From NCBI GenBank assembly GCA_013265495.1, contig MU058153.1:498001-562000 (forward strand): DNA of 64,000 bases, in the 5' to 3' direction. Made by a program: the position numbers and the translations under genes. The notes under the pieces were generated by a model that was not told the DNA's origin, ran no database searches, and was given only the letters and a program-made list of their open reading frames with translations. The DNA comes from Vicugna vicugna. Its lineage: Eukaryota. This document shows, in pieces, positions 39,311 to 51,809 of this stretch. Numbering within the stretch: the stretch's first letter is position 1; each line of letters opens with the position of its first letter.

Positions 39311-40259
39311 CTTACGATATTTGGCCAGTGGACCACCAGCCAAGTCTTATCTTTCCCTTCTGAGCTTTTATTCTTGCTATTTACTCTTTCTGGAGTCATT
39401 CTGCTCCATTTTGTATTTCTAAATCCTACTATCATCTCCACCTGCTATAGGGAGCATAGTGTTTCTTATCCTTTGATTTCTTAAAATACATTGATGACTA
39501 TCTCTTTTGCTACAAGTAGAGTTTTTAAATGTATTTACTTAGATTAGAAGTTCACTAAAGGCAAAGAACATACCTTACACATTTCTGTATCCTTTCTAGC
39601 CATAACACGTCAGTGCTGAGCAGACGTTCAGTAAGTGTTTGCTGAAAGGAACGCTTTTATTGTCAGATGTAACAGACATTGACTTATGGATATGTGCATT
39701 CAGATGGATTCTGATCAACCACACACATTGAAATCCTTAATGTGTAATTGATTCTGAATTCTCATATTCTGTCCCCAGAAGCTTCCCATTTGTTGGGTGG
39801 GGGATTGACTGCCATTTAGTAGATAATATTTAAGCATGGCTTTACATGGTGTGCAAGGTTCTCATCCTTGCTTGAAGAAGATGACCAAAGGGATGCATCA
39901 TTTCATGGGTGAATGGGATGAATTGTCTGCTTTGAAGTTTGGTTAGTTCTCCTTTCTCTTTTTATCCCGTAGGTCTTGTTGACCATACTTTCATTACATT
40001 GCCTTGCAATGTTTTTGAGTCTCTGTCTGTCTCACTAGATTTTTCAGGACAAAGGCCATGACACTCCCATTTATGTATCTTTGATATGGTGCCTAATACA
40101 TAGCAAGTTCTCAGTAAGCTCTGTTGGATGATTGGGTGAATGAATAAATGAAGCAGTTCTGGTAACACAGAGAAGGTCTCATAATATAAGTAACGTGAAG
40201 TGGATTAGAGAAAGCAGTGACATTGCTAGAGAAAAATGAGATGGATCAAACAGGCTATA

Positions 40260-40500
40260 TTTTCTTCTTCCAGTTTTATTGAGGTATAGTTGACAAACAG
40301 CACTGCATAAGTTTAAGGTGTACAGCATAGTGATTTGATTTACATACATCATAAAGTGATTATCACAGTAAGTTTAGTGAATATCCACCATCTCATATCG
40401 ATACAAAATTAAATAGAAAAACTTTTCTTTTGATGAGATCCCTCAGGGTTTGTGCTCTTAACAACTTGCATGTATGACATACTTCAGTGTAAATTCTATT
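40260..40500 (-). mobile_element. L1MA9-like 3' end
   Basis: ccagttttattgaggtatagttgaca...tttaaggtgtacagcatagtgatttga...ctcttaacaactt. Confidence 0.8.
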
Positions 40501-40949
40501 TAGCATTTGGAACTTTACAAATGGGTTTGATTTCAACCAGAAATGTAGTGACTCCAAAAGTCTTGCATGACACACATGAAAATCATTCAAGAAATATTTG
40601 TTGACAAACCAAGGAAAGAGGGATGTAAATAAATGAACAAATAAGTTAAGTAACCTGTCTAAAACTGCATAGCAAGTCAAAGCCTATGTAATGTTTCAAA
40701 ACCGGTGATCTCCCCAATCAAACATTATTCATTTCTCCCTCCTCATTGTTTCCATAGTCCTTCACATATCCAGTGATTATCTTATTGCGTTGCTACTATT
40801 TGCTCATTTTTGTGTGTCTCCCCAACTAGACCAGGAACTCTGTGAGAGCTAGAACCTTGCTTCAGTCGTCCCTGTAGACCCAATGTGCAGAAGAGTAAAT
40901 GGCACCAGATAGGCGCTGGATAAATGGTTAACAAGCAGAAACTTCCTCC

Positions 40950-41135
40950 TTTTACTTGTCAGAGAACTGTCCTGCAATGATGGTTATAGCCTATAATATA
41001 CAGAAGCCACCAGCCACCTGTAGCTACAGAGCATTTGAAATGTGACTAGTGTGAATGAGGAACTGAATTTTGAATGTTGTTTGATTTTAATTTAAGAAGC
41101 TGTGGGTGGCGTTTGGCTACCTTACTAAAAGCATG
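40950..41135. mobile_element. MER3-like hAT-Charlie MITE
   Basis: agccaccagccacctgtagctacagagcatttgaaatgtgactagtgtgaatgaggaactgaatttt. Confidence 0.8.
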
Positions 41136-42565
41136 CTCTTATACAATACTTATATTTTTGCTGCATCAGATTGTCTTCACAAAGATACTAAATTTCCCTT
41201 TTATTACCAAATCATCAATATGCAGCAGAACTTGCCCCACTTCTTTTAAACCATTTCTGCCTTTGTCACATCACAGTATTTGACTTTTTTCCTTATTCCC
41301 AGGATGGTGCCCAACTGTCTCGATCTCCGAAGTATTTCTTTATTCTGATAGTGACCTTGTTAGAAGAAGTGGTTTTCATAATTGCCTCCTTTTTCTTTTC
41401 CTTCCTTTTATGTTTTCCTGGAATCTTGTTTTCCTGCTCATATCCATAGAATTTCCAACAATCCTATGTCTGAAATTGGGAATAAAGGCTCAGGAAGATG
41501 ACCAAAAATAATTGTCCTCAAACACTGTGTTACTGATTAGACCAAGAATAATGAAAACGGTGCAAACTGTTTAGATTCATCAGAGGGGAGAGGAAAAGTA
41601 TCGTGAGTATTTGTATCAGACAGTTAACAAATGAGTATTTCCTAAATATCAGGCACGGAGATGAGCACATGGAGTACACTTTTAAATTTAACACTTACAT
41701 CATCTTTTCATGAGATTTATTCCTACCAGCATTTTACCTTTACTGAAACTAACGCCCAGCATCAGTCTCAGAGTACACATGGCTGTCCAAAGATTTGAAC
41801 CAGTGACTGCCTGCCCCATCTCTTAAACTATGGATTTTTGTAATCCTTGCTTGAGGCTTTCTTCATCATTGACATCATGTGTGCAGTCAATACTGGTTTC
41901 TTCTTCATTTCCTCCCTCTTTTCCAGAATTTTACTTTGCAGTTAAGTTTGTAAGTTCTAGTGCTCTGTTCTCCTTCCAGACCATTTCTGAATCAAATCTT
42001 TACTGTTTGTGAGCAAAAACTCGTCCTTTTCTCTTTCGGTAGCACAGCTTAACTCCATTAAAAAGGAACATTGTTATTCTGTGCAGTGTGCATCAAATAA
42101 CAAATCATTGGTTGATGCAAAAAATTAGTCATTAAGAATCAGCCATCTGCTTCTCTAACCTCTTTAAAGTGCCATATCAAATTGGCAGATACCAGTGAAT
42201 TTTTAAGGAAAAAATCCTTCGTGTGAAAAAGTGACATTAAAGGTTTATGTCCTCTTCTTGTGGCCCAATAAACAATATTAATGGCAAAGCATGCAAAGGA
42301 TTAATAGGTGCTGCGTGCAAGAGGCTCAGTTATAGCAATCCTGAGGCATTCTGCAGGCTAAAATATGAGCCCGACCGTACCTCCGCAGGCATAAATTATT
42401 TGGTTTTTCTTCTCCTTGAAGGAGAGCCTGTCATTCTAAAGGCAATTTTTCTCTTTGATCCTTTGTACTGTAATTTCATATACTCCTTGCAATGCACCCT
42501 CCCACGTAGAGTATGTTCTTCTCCCAACCTTTAGTCTTATAAACCATTTCTTCCCACCAGCCAGT

Positions 42566-42567
<2 letters not shown>

Positions 42568-42607
<40 letters not shown>
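42568..42607. repeat. (CA)20 microsatellite
   Basis: Read directly. Confidence 0.98.
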
Positions 42608-42611
<4 letters not shown>

Positions 42612-43702
42612 AACATACTTCTAAGACAGTTAGCATTTATTCCCCCTTGTTTGTTCAAGGTATGGTCAGGAGCATTTTATGAGAATAGGGAACAAACTTG
42701 AGGCAATCTTTGAATAAAGAAGTTTCTTAAGTAAGTGCCATCGAATCTTAAACTTAATCTCTGGGAGGAATATTAGGTCTCACCGATCCAGCTCTCCTGC
42801 TTTATAAATAAAGAGACTGAGGCCCAACATCGTACGGAAATACAACTAGTGATAGATGGCAGTTTGAAGTTGCAGATTTCAGACGTTTGGTCAGTTCCTT
42901 CTAGAATGTTCTAGGTCATCTATTTTATATCATATTTTTTAGGAAAGTGGTCTTTATCCAGAGACCTTTATCTGACCTTTGGCTTGACAAGAATTGGTTT
43001 AACTGTAGTTAACAAGCCTTATAAGATAAGTAGGGAAAGTAAATGGTAGCTGATTCTTTTTGGAAAGGGCCCGGTAAGGCTCCCCTATACAAATGCCCTA
43101 TAGAACTCTCCTGATATCTTAACATTGCCCTTAGAGATTCAATCATTTAAAGCCTGAGAAGTTACTATTTACTCTACTGGAATTAGGCCCCTCTGTTGTT
43201 ATTATTATTATAAATATAATTATTACCTTCATTAATGCTATTGGCATGTTATTTAGTATCTTTAAGTCTCAGTTTTCTTTTCAAAATGAGAATAATAATA
43301 GCAGCCATGGAGAATTTATAAGATGAAACTAGTGTCTAGCACAAGACTAATGTGTCGGGATCACCCCTCTCCCCCAACAAAGTGAAGCCCTTAATGTTTT
43401 CATTCCTAGAAATGAATAGACTTATCTACTAGCACAGTAATGAAATGCTGAAATGCATTTCCATCCTGCAAAAGATTCAAGTAACTAAATAAATTCCAGT
43501 AAAGATCCATCAGCTCTGTCTGAAGAAGGAGCCCAGAACAGTCCAGAGAAGACATGTAGACTAGAGGGAGAGTGTTAGTCTCTCCTCTCTGATCATGTAC
43601 TTGTAGTTGGGACTATATTCACAAGCTCTAAGGCAGAGCAATGTGCATAAATATAGGAACAAAACTGCAAAACACTGGTTGGTTGGCTTTGGGCTCCTGG
43701 AC

Positions 43703-43892
43703 CAATGGCTCTTAACCAAGTGTAGTGTCGCATCTGGGGGAGTTTGAAAAGGTGTGGAAACATTTGTGAGTGCCATTTGGCATTTAGTTCCCATAGGCAG
43801 GGATTCCTAAGATCCTGTATTTCATGAGACAACCCTACACACTGAAGAATTATCCAGCCTCAAATGTCAGAAGTGCATCTGCGTTGAACATA
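43703..43892 (+). mobile_element. MER20-like hAT MITE
   Basis: caatggctcttaacc (TIR-like), tggcatttagt, aagaattatccagcctcaaatgtca. Confidence 0.7.
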
Positions 43893-44287
43893 ATATGGTG
43901 ATGGTGAACAGAAGGAAAAAGTGTGGAGAAATGAGGCTGATGGGACAACCAGGTGGGGCTGAGATCAAAGATCCTTTTCTAAGATTTGTAAATAAATGTA
44001 AACTTAGAATAAAGAAAGAATGAACTATAATATATATGGAAAATATATAATAATAAATTTTTATCTGTACTAATTTGGATCTCTACCCTGCAGTGAACAT
44101 ATCACCACCTCTCTGTATCCAAATACAGATAAAAGTTTATTCAATTTTAGCGAAAGCTCATCCTAGTCTGCTAAGATTAGAAAACACAAAATTTGAGATT
44201 ATTCTAAATAGACTATTTAAGAAATTAGAATTTACAGATAGCACTATTTAGTTAGTCTGAACACATTTCTATATATGCTCCAAAGCA

Positions 44288-44537
44288 GCTTAGCACAGTG
44301 GTTGGTTCTGGGCTCTGGAACGAGACAGCTTTGGTTTGTATCCAGCCTCACTATTTGTTTCTATGACCCTGACAATTTATTTACTTTTACTGGCCTTAGT
44401 TGTTTTATTTTTAAGATAGTATTATTTATATATTCATAGGGTTGATAAGAAAAATACATTAATACACGTGAAGTGGTTGCAACAGTCCCTGACGTAAATT
44501 TGAGCCTTCAATACATATTAACCATTGTTATTATTAG
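44288..44537 (+). mobile_element. MIR SINE
   Basis: tagcacagtggttggttctgggctctggaac...catagggttg...caatacatattaaccattgttattatta. Confidence 0.75.
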
Positions 44538-46144
44538 TGAGCATTCTAACTAACCAAACTATTGAGAGAATCTGAGAAACACCTGCCAGATTATGTTGCA
44601 AATATCAAATATGGAGGCAATAACCGTAAGAGAAAACATAAAAGTCAGAGATTTAGAGATCATCTAATCGCAAAATGAAGTTTGAAATTCGTGTTTTAAT
44701 TCAGCATTGACAATTAGGCTATAGTCAAGAATTTTTTCTAATGTCAATCCTTATTTCTTTTGCTCCAAATTAACACAGGAACTGGGATATGCTTATTTCC
44801 GAACGTGGCCTCGTAACTTCCTTCTTGGAATGTTTTTAAATCCTCACTCTTCTCTCATTTTCTCTTCCCTGCTTTTTTCAGCTACTAGTATCTTAACTCC
44901 CTTCATTACTATCTCTCTGTGGTCTTCCCGTAATTATAAACTGGGATCTAGACAGTTTCTGAAAGTGAAGAAGCAAAGGAAAATGTATCTCTTCTTTATT
45001 CCCTGAAGCTCAAAAACTTGTGCAGTGCTTTTGGCTAGATTAGTAACTAGTGTGCCAGGGTACATGTTGGAGGGTACAAGGGATGGGATTTTGGGGGAGA
45101 GAGAGATTGGAACAGAATGAATACATTTTTATTTTGTTGGATCAGAAACCAGTAGTATTCTTGTTTCAACTTTTCATGTGAAATTTGAAAGTTAGTTGTA
45201 ATTCCTTGATCTTAATATTTTACTTTCTGTAAAATGGGTTTCAGCAATTACTTTATTTTTTTTTTAGGGGCACTTTTCCCATAAAGTGAACTGGTATTGG
45301 TATACCTTTCTGTCATTTAAGGCACTAACAGTTTCTTATGCATTATTATTCAGTGACTCAATTATGGGCACTAAATGAGACTGAATTATAGTGATGGTCC
45401 AGTCACAATCCGTGTTGCCACAGCTGGTATTTAGTTGCCTGGCTGGCATGTTAATTTCTTCTGTAACCCAGATGTTTCTATGACTCACTATTCGCTGTGT
45501 ATGAATGAGGTCACATGGCATTTCTACCCACATTTTGGTGGCTTATTGCTCAGATCTACTGGGACTCAATTCAGTTTCTGCCACAGCACCTGCTTCAAGC
45601 TAAGGAGCTTTTCTTGGTGTCCAGAAGAGGTGTTTGCCTGTGCTTAAGAAAAGGTTCTCAGTTCTCTGCTTTTTCTCTCTGATTTGGAGACATTATTTTT
45701 TGCTCTGAGAATCTGCCAGTGTCACCAGTGTTCTGCCATTGCTACCTCAGGAGGACACTGTTCTAGCCAGGAATCCACATCCTGGGAACTGAGAGATGTG
45801 AAGCTTCCGTGAAATGGCTCTGTATTGCCTCCAGTCCTCCTTAGGACCTGGATGCTCTCTGTTCTCGGCAGAAATGAAGACCTCCAGAGAATTCAGTACG
45901 TTTATGACACTGGGCACCACTTGCCGTGATAGCATCTCCATTTTTTTCTCTTTTCTCTCCACTAAGCAACTGAACACAAGCTTTCCTTTTAAAGGTGTCC
46001 TTACTCTTGTGCAAACCATTTAAGCTGATGAGAAGTCACAGTTCCCTTTGAGGGGTGCCAGTCCAAGAGCAATAAGAATACAGCAGCGCAGCAGCAGCAG
46101 TAACAAATGTCAGGTGTAGTGATATCAATGAGAAAACGAATTGT

Positions 46145-46842
46145 CACAATAACAGCCAGTAAATAGTCTGTTGCTGAGTATGTACTTGGCACTCTCATGG
46201 GCTTTGCACCATCATCTCATTCAGTTCTCAGTACCTGTGTTAGAGGCTGGTGGTGTTTTTACAAGAGCCAAATAATCTCCCTTTCTCCCTACTTTATTTC
46301 AGATGAGCTTATTAGAGAGCATAGCTGGGCTGCATTCTGTAGGTATCTTGTATGAAGTAGAAAGATGTGTGTGCTCAGGGCTTGGCGCAGACAGACAGCT
46401 TCATACCCTCTCCAAGACATGATCAGGGAGTGCACAGACCATGTGGAGCACTCTTTGTAGGAAGGCAGGCCTGAAGAGAGAGTGAGGAAGTAGTTGATGC
46501 TCAGTTCCATCTCCTAAACTCATCAATAATTAATCCTCTCCTTCCCAAGAGTGGAATAAATGAAGGTGTGGAGACAACCTGCAGAGACTCTTTGATAGAT
46601 TTCCTGAAAGGGGTCTGCAGATTTCTTCTCTGCTGTGGAAACAGGTGTCAGGTGAAATCAGTGTTTATCATCCTACTCCACAGTAACCACTGTTATGATA
46701 TCCATTTCACAGACAAGGAAGCAAAGACTTTGAAAGTGAAATCAACCTCTAAGTTCATGTAGATATAAAGTGAAAGATGGAGACTTTGAACCCAGGTCAC
46801 CCTGACCCCAGCTCCTATGCGCTTAACTCCCTGTGATGCCTC
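46145..46842 (-). mobile_element. MIR SINE split into two halves (46145-46262 and 46689-46842) by an unidentified insert
   Basis: Left half ends aggctggtggtgtttttac; right half starts actgttatgatatccatttcacagacaaggaagc; together they cover the consensus once. Confidence 0.6.
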
Positions 46843-47645
46843 AACTTACATTGGATGAAGAGGGCAGATGAATGAATGAATTTTGGCTGACTTCCAGATT
46901 ATAAAAATCACATTTTTGAAATTGTCACTTGGTTAAAAACACCATAATTAACAAGGATGTAGGCTAACTGATGAGGAGTGAATGTATTCAGGGAAAGGGA
47001 TGTTATGGAATTCATTTGCATATGCTAGAAACACTAATACTTTTACTATTGAAAACATTCCCTGTTGCTGTTATAAATGTGTGATACAGTATTTCCTGAA
47101 TACAAAATATGGTGGGATACTCCGTGGGAGCGTTAAGTATAAATGTGGCAGTCTCATTTGCACAGATTTTGGCAAGTCCTCAATATTTCCCTTCAAGTTC
47201 ATTGCCTCTAACTGCAAAGTGTAACAACCCATAAAGTATATCTAAACTGTGCTGAAACTCTTCTCAGGCATTTTTATGTTTTTAAATTTAGCTTTGTTAC
47301 AGGTTGCAAAGTTGTGATCATCCTGGTAACAGTGGTGATCTGTTCCGGGAAAGAGGAGATCTGGGAGAAGGGACCAGGTTGCTACTCCTCAACACTCCGC
47401 CAAATACACACACACGCTCACACACACACAAACACACACCTCCCTCTTTCTTCATTGAGGCATTGTATGTGGATCATTCATTCTTCAAAGTCACCCATCC
47501 TCTAAAGATACGTTTGCAAAGCTCATTCATGGCATTATCCAGAGCTTACTTTTATCTCTAACCTCAAGGTAAGAGGGAATCCCTGTTGTCATGAATTCCT
47601 ACACCATCCCAGCATTTATGGAGATATATTTCAGCAACTCTTTTT

Positions 47646-48131
47646 TAAAATTTTTAAACAACGTTATTGTGGTATAATTTCTGTACAGTAAACTACACAT
47701 ATTTCCGATGTACACTTTGATGATTGATAGATGTATACACCTATGAAACCATCACCACAATCAATATACCTAACATTTCCATCATTCCCCAAGAGGTGCA
47801 AATTTCAGACCCCCAATTTATCCCTTCCCATCCCCTTTACCCCCTGGTAACCATGAGTTTATTTTCTATGTCTGTGAGTCTGTTTTCTGTTTTGTAAATA
47901 AGTTCATTTGTTGCCCCCCCCCTTTTTAAGGCATTTTTCTTTTTCTTTCTGGCTTGCTTCTCTTAGAATGACCATCTCCAGGTCCATCCGTGTTGCTGCA
48001 AATGGCATTATTTCATTCTTTCTCATGGCTGTGTAGTATTCCATTGTAAACACGTACCACAACTTCTTTATCCAGTTATCTGCTGACGGACATTTAGGTT
48101 GTTTCTGTGTCTTGTCTGTTGGTGCTGCTTG
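47646..48131 (-). mobile_element. Chimeric L1 fragment: artiodactyl-type segment joined to an L1MB-type terminal 3' UTR
   Basis: 47646-47795 is L1MB-like (tgaaaccatcaccacaatcaa); 47798-48131 is artiodactyl-like (ccaatttatcccttccca, ctatgtctgtgagtctg); gcaactcttttt occurs on both flanks. Confidence 0.8.
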
Positions 48132-48459
48132 GCAACTCTTTTTGCCTTTTCTTACAGATGGCTCCTGGAATGATTTGAGCGACACTAATTCACTGCCTCA
48201 TCATGAATTCCACATTAAGTGTATTGCAGTGCCCACACTTTGTATTTTCTCCTCTCAAATAGTTTTTACCTACTTCTGTTTTTCTATAGTTCCACTGGGT
48301 ACTTAATAACACTTACTGCCTCATATTGAAGCTATTTATATACACTTATTTTTTTCCACTTTATACTTACTAGCTAGGTGATCTGTAGCAAGTTATTTAT
48401 AAATAATAATGATACTTGCTTCATAGGATTCCTATGATAACTTGATGAATAATCAAAAA

Positions 48460-48542
48460 AATATTATTTTAGTGCTTACTAAAATAGTTCCTGTGCTTAA
48501 AAATCACAATGCCTAAAAATTAGTAAGCACTAAAATAATATT
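48460..48542. repeat. Perfect 23-bp inverted repeat with 37-nt spacer in a MIR remnant
   Basis: aatattattttagtgcttactaa (48460-48482) is the exact reverse complement of ttagtaagcactaaaataatatt (48520-48542). Confidence 0.97.
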
Positions 48543-49309
48543 ACATTAATTTTTAGAGACCTGAATAGCTGTTCATAAAAATACCTATTTGAGAAAATGT
48601 AAAAATGTTTATCAATGCTGGTTATTTGGCAGGTGGCCAATAAAATGTGAATATGAGTTTCCGTTCTTTTCTGAGATATTATGGGAACTTGAGGGAAAGA
48701 GAACATCTATCACTTGTAAGAGTTGTGTAGTGATTTAGCCTTTAAAAGTCATCAATAAATACCTACTGAATGTACAAGTCAGTGGACATGGTAGCATTAG
48801 AGGTGATGGCAGAGTATCACTGGGTCATGGTTTATTGCAGTGGCTCTCAGACTTGGGCATCATCCGTGTCGTTGTCACTTCATGCCATGCCTGGTGCACA
48901 TCAACAAATATTTTTAGAAATGAACTATTTGATTAAAATTCCCTGAGGTGGTTGCTTATTGCAAGTTGCCAGCATCTACCTCAGATTTACTGAATGTGAA
49001 ACACTGAAGGAGGGACTGAGGCAAAGAGAAACGTTATGTTAAACACATTTTATAAGTTATACTCATGAACTCTGAAGTTCTAGAGTCACTAATTTAAGTC
49101 ACTTTCCAAGTGCCTTGGACCAGGTTGTAGAATAAATAATGGTTTCTTATGTCATTTAATCTTTCACAAAATGAGTGTTTTTTTAAAGGCCCAAGGTTTG
49201 TGTTTTTTGTTTTTTGTTTTTTGTTTTTTTGTTTTTTTTAAAAGCAAATCTCAACCGTTCAGACTACAGTTCTTGGACATGTTTCTGTTTTTTCTTGAAG
49301 GAAGTTATG

Positions 49310-49920
49310 TTCATTTATTCTCTCATTCAATCAATAATTAAGTAACCATTTATTAATACTAATCAATATTAATCAGCTACTGTATGCCAGATACTTTGCT
49401 AGGAACACAATGATGATGAAGGCAAGCTTGGTCCTTGCCCATGTGGAACTGTGGTGTAGTGGGTGGCGGGCATTTATCAAACAGTTACCCAGATTCCTGT
49501 ATATTTTATGGTAATAAGTGCCATGAAGAAAAGCCATGTAAGCCCTGGTACTTATATACAGAAGAATTTGTGTAATTTAAAGTGGAGATGACCAGGTTGA
49601 CTTTTTCCAAGGACATGACAATTCTTTTGATACCTGTGGAATGAGTAGGAGGTAGACGTAGGAAGAAAGGGAGAAATGTGTTCTAGGTAGAGGATTATCA
49701 AATGCAAAAGTCTCAGAACAAGAAGTATTTCGGAATATTCTAGAAACTTACAGGCCAGTGTGACTTAGGAAAAGTCCTCTGGAAAGAGGTTGACAGGACG
49801 TGTGGATGGTGAAAAGTGAGCGGGTACCAGATTGCACAGGAACCTGTCCACCTCACGATGGGAAGGATTTAGGACACTGCCTCTCTTCTCACACGGACAC
49901 ACTGGAAGCATTTCCAGAGT
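49310..49920 (-). mobile_element. L2 LINE fragment
   Basis: ctactgtatgccagatactttgctagg...gtccttgccc...ataagtgccatgaagaa...tgttctaggtagagg..caaatgcaaaag...aggccagtgtgact. Confidence 0.7.
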
Positions 49921-51209
49921 ACTGAGCCAGTCATTTGAATGCTGAGGCCCAGTTATCTCTCCTAAAAGCCTCACTCCTTTTGGTGCTCTGTGCACCCACT
50001 AACTCTGTATGTGAAGAAGCAGCGAGCAGACCAGGTTATCTTGAACTACCAGAACATTTGTTCTATATTTCACAAAGCCTCTGCATACAAATTAACCTCA
50101 ACCATGTTCTGATGCAGTCTTATACCTATGTCAGTTTTCCTAAATGCAAATTTTGGATAGATATATTTAGAACAGGACCAAAACAGGACAGAAAATCTCA
50201 TTATTTTGGTAAATAGTATGTATTGAGCATCCTTAGTTCAGTTTCTTCCTTGGAGAGGTTTCTCTCATTAACATAACACAGCATATTATAGTTCTTTAAG
50301 TATGTTAATTTTTAAGTATGATCCAAATGAATAAAGTATTCATGTTCAGGGTTAACACAATCAAAGACGTTCCCGACATCATTCAGCGCTAATTGTGGGA
50401 GGGTGGAGAAGCAGGCTGCTAGTTAGGGGAGCCCAGGCTGTCCGTTTGCTGCGGCCTGTCCATTGTGTCCATCGTCCATCACAGGCCAGCAGTCTGGCCC
50501 AGACGTTACTTCATCACAGGCAATTATGGACAAGGTGGGATCACCCCTTTTTAAAATTTTCCCTTGTGGCTGCTGCTAGTTCTAGATGAAAGGCTGCTTG
50601 CCGCCGGACTTGCAGGATCAGGACATTTTATTTTCAGTGCATTTTTGTCCTTCCTTCAGAGACTTCTCTTGCTCCTTGCTCCACCCTCAGGCGCGCAGTG
50701 CCCTCCTGCTGTCTCTTGCCTACCTTTTCCAGCCACAGTGTTGCCCATGCTCTCTGTCTCATTGAAACTTAGCTGCTTTGTGTCTTAGTCGTTTCAGGTT
50801 CTTTTGCTTCTTTCTTTATGAGGTAGCTGTGATTTGAATGAGGAAGTCTTAGAACCAGCACCAGAGGCTCTGGGTGCAGATCTTACACCCGTTTTTAACT
50901 CTTGGAACCTGAAAGCTTTTCATTTGTGTATTAGGTCATAAGAATGTCTATATATCACAGCACTCCGTGGGACCTACACACGTGTGAAGGTATTTTGTCA
51001 GCTGCAAAGTTCTGTATAGATATTTTATATCCCCAGAACCCTGAGCCAGTCATTTGAAAGTGAGGTCTAATTGTCTCTCCTAATTCATCCCTCTTCACTG
51101 AGTGTATGTGGCTATGGATTAAACCACTTTGCTCATAAATTAATTAACTAATAGATAATTCCCTCATGTATGATTACTGTGTGTAGTTCTCTTTCTTAGA
51201 GAGTAGCCG

Positions 51210-51378
51210 GATTACCACTGCTTCAGAATCATCTAAGTATTGGATGAGACGCAAATTCCCAGTACTGTTAAATATAAATTTCTAGGGGTTGAGCCTGATG
51301 CTCTGACTTTTAACAGATACTTCGATAAGATGCTTTGTATCTAGTGATGCTGCAGACTAACATTTGGGAACTGCTGCC
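51210..51378. mobile_element. MER5A-like hAT remnant
   Basis: gcttcagaatcatct...gcaaattccc...ttttaacag...gtgatgctg...tttgggaactgctgc. Confidence 0.55.
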
Positions 51379-51521
51379 TTCAGGGTTGGTTTTCAGACAC
51401 TGAAGCACTTGTTGGCTGGTATTAGTAGCAAAAGGTGACCTTTACTATTAGAGAGATCTGGCCATGAGGACCTCTTGATGTGGGTTGCCTGGGTCTGGGT
51501 TTGTGCTGATTCTGTGATGTG

Positions 51522-51674
51522 TTTTGTTTTTGTTTGTTTGTTTGTTTGTTTCTGGAGGTGAGGGTAATTAGATTTATTTATTTGTTTTTTTTTAATGGAG
51601 GTGCTGGGGATTGAACTCAGGACTTTGTGCATGCTAAGCACATGCTCTGCCACTGAGCTGTACCCCCACTGCCC
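51522..51674 (-). mobile_element. tRNA-Ala-derived camelid SINE (vic-1 type)
   Basis: Reverse strand gggggtacagctcagtggcagagcatgtgcttagcatgcacaaagtcctgagttcaatccccagcacctcca (A and B boxes), then ttaaaa..taaatctaattacc and an (AAAC)n tail; homologous to 57977. Confidence 0.92.
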
Positions 51675-51809
51675 ATAAGGTAGTTTTAAAGGATAACTAA
51701 AGCAGATGATACTGAGTGTTCTTCTCTTAAGAAAGTATTCTTCTTCAGAGATGGTAGTGGGGTCTGTGCTGAAAGTGATATTTCTACAGAGCCATATCTT
51801 GGAGGCATA

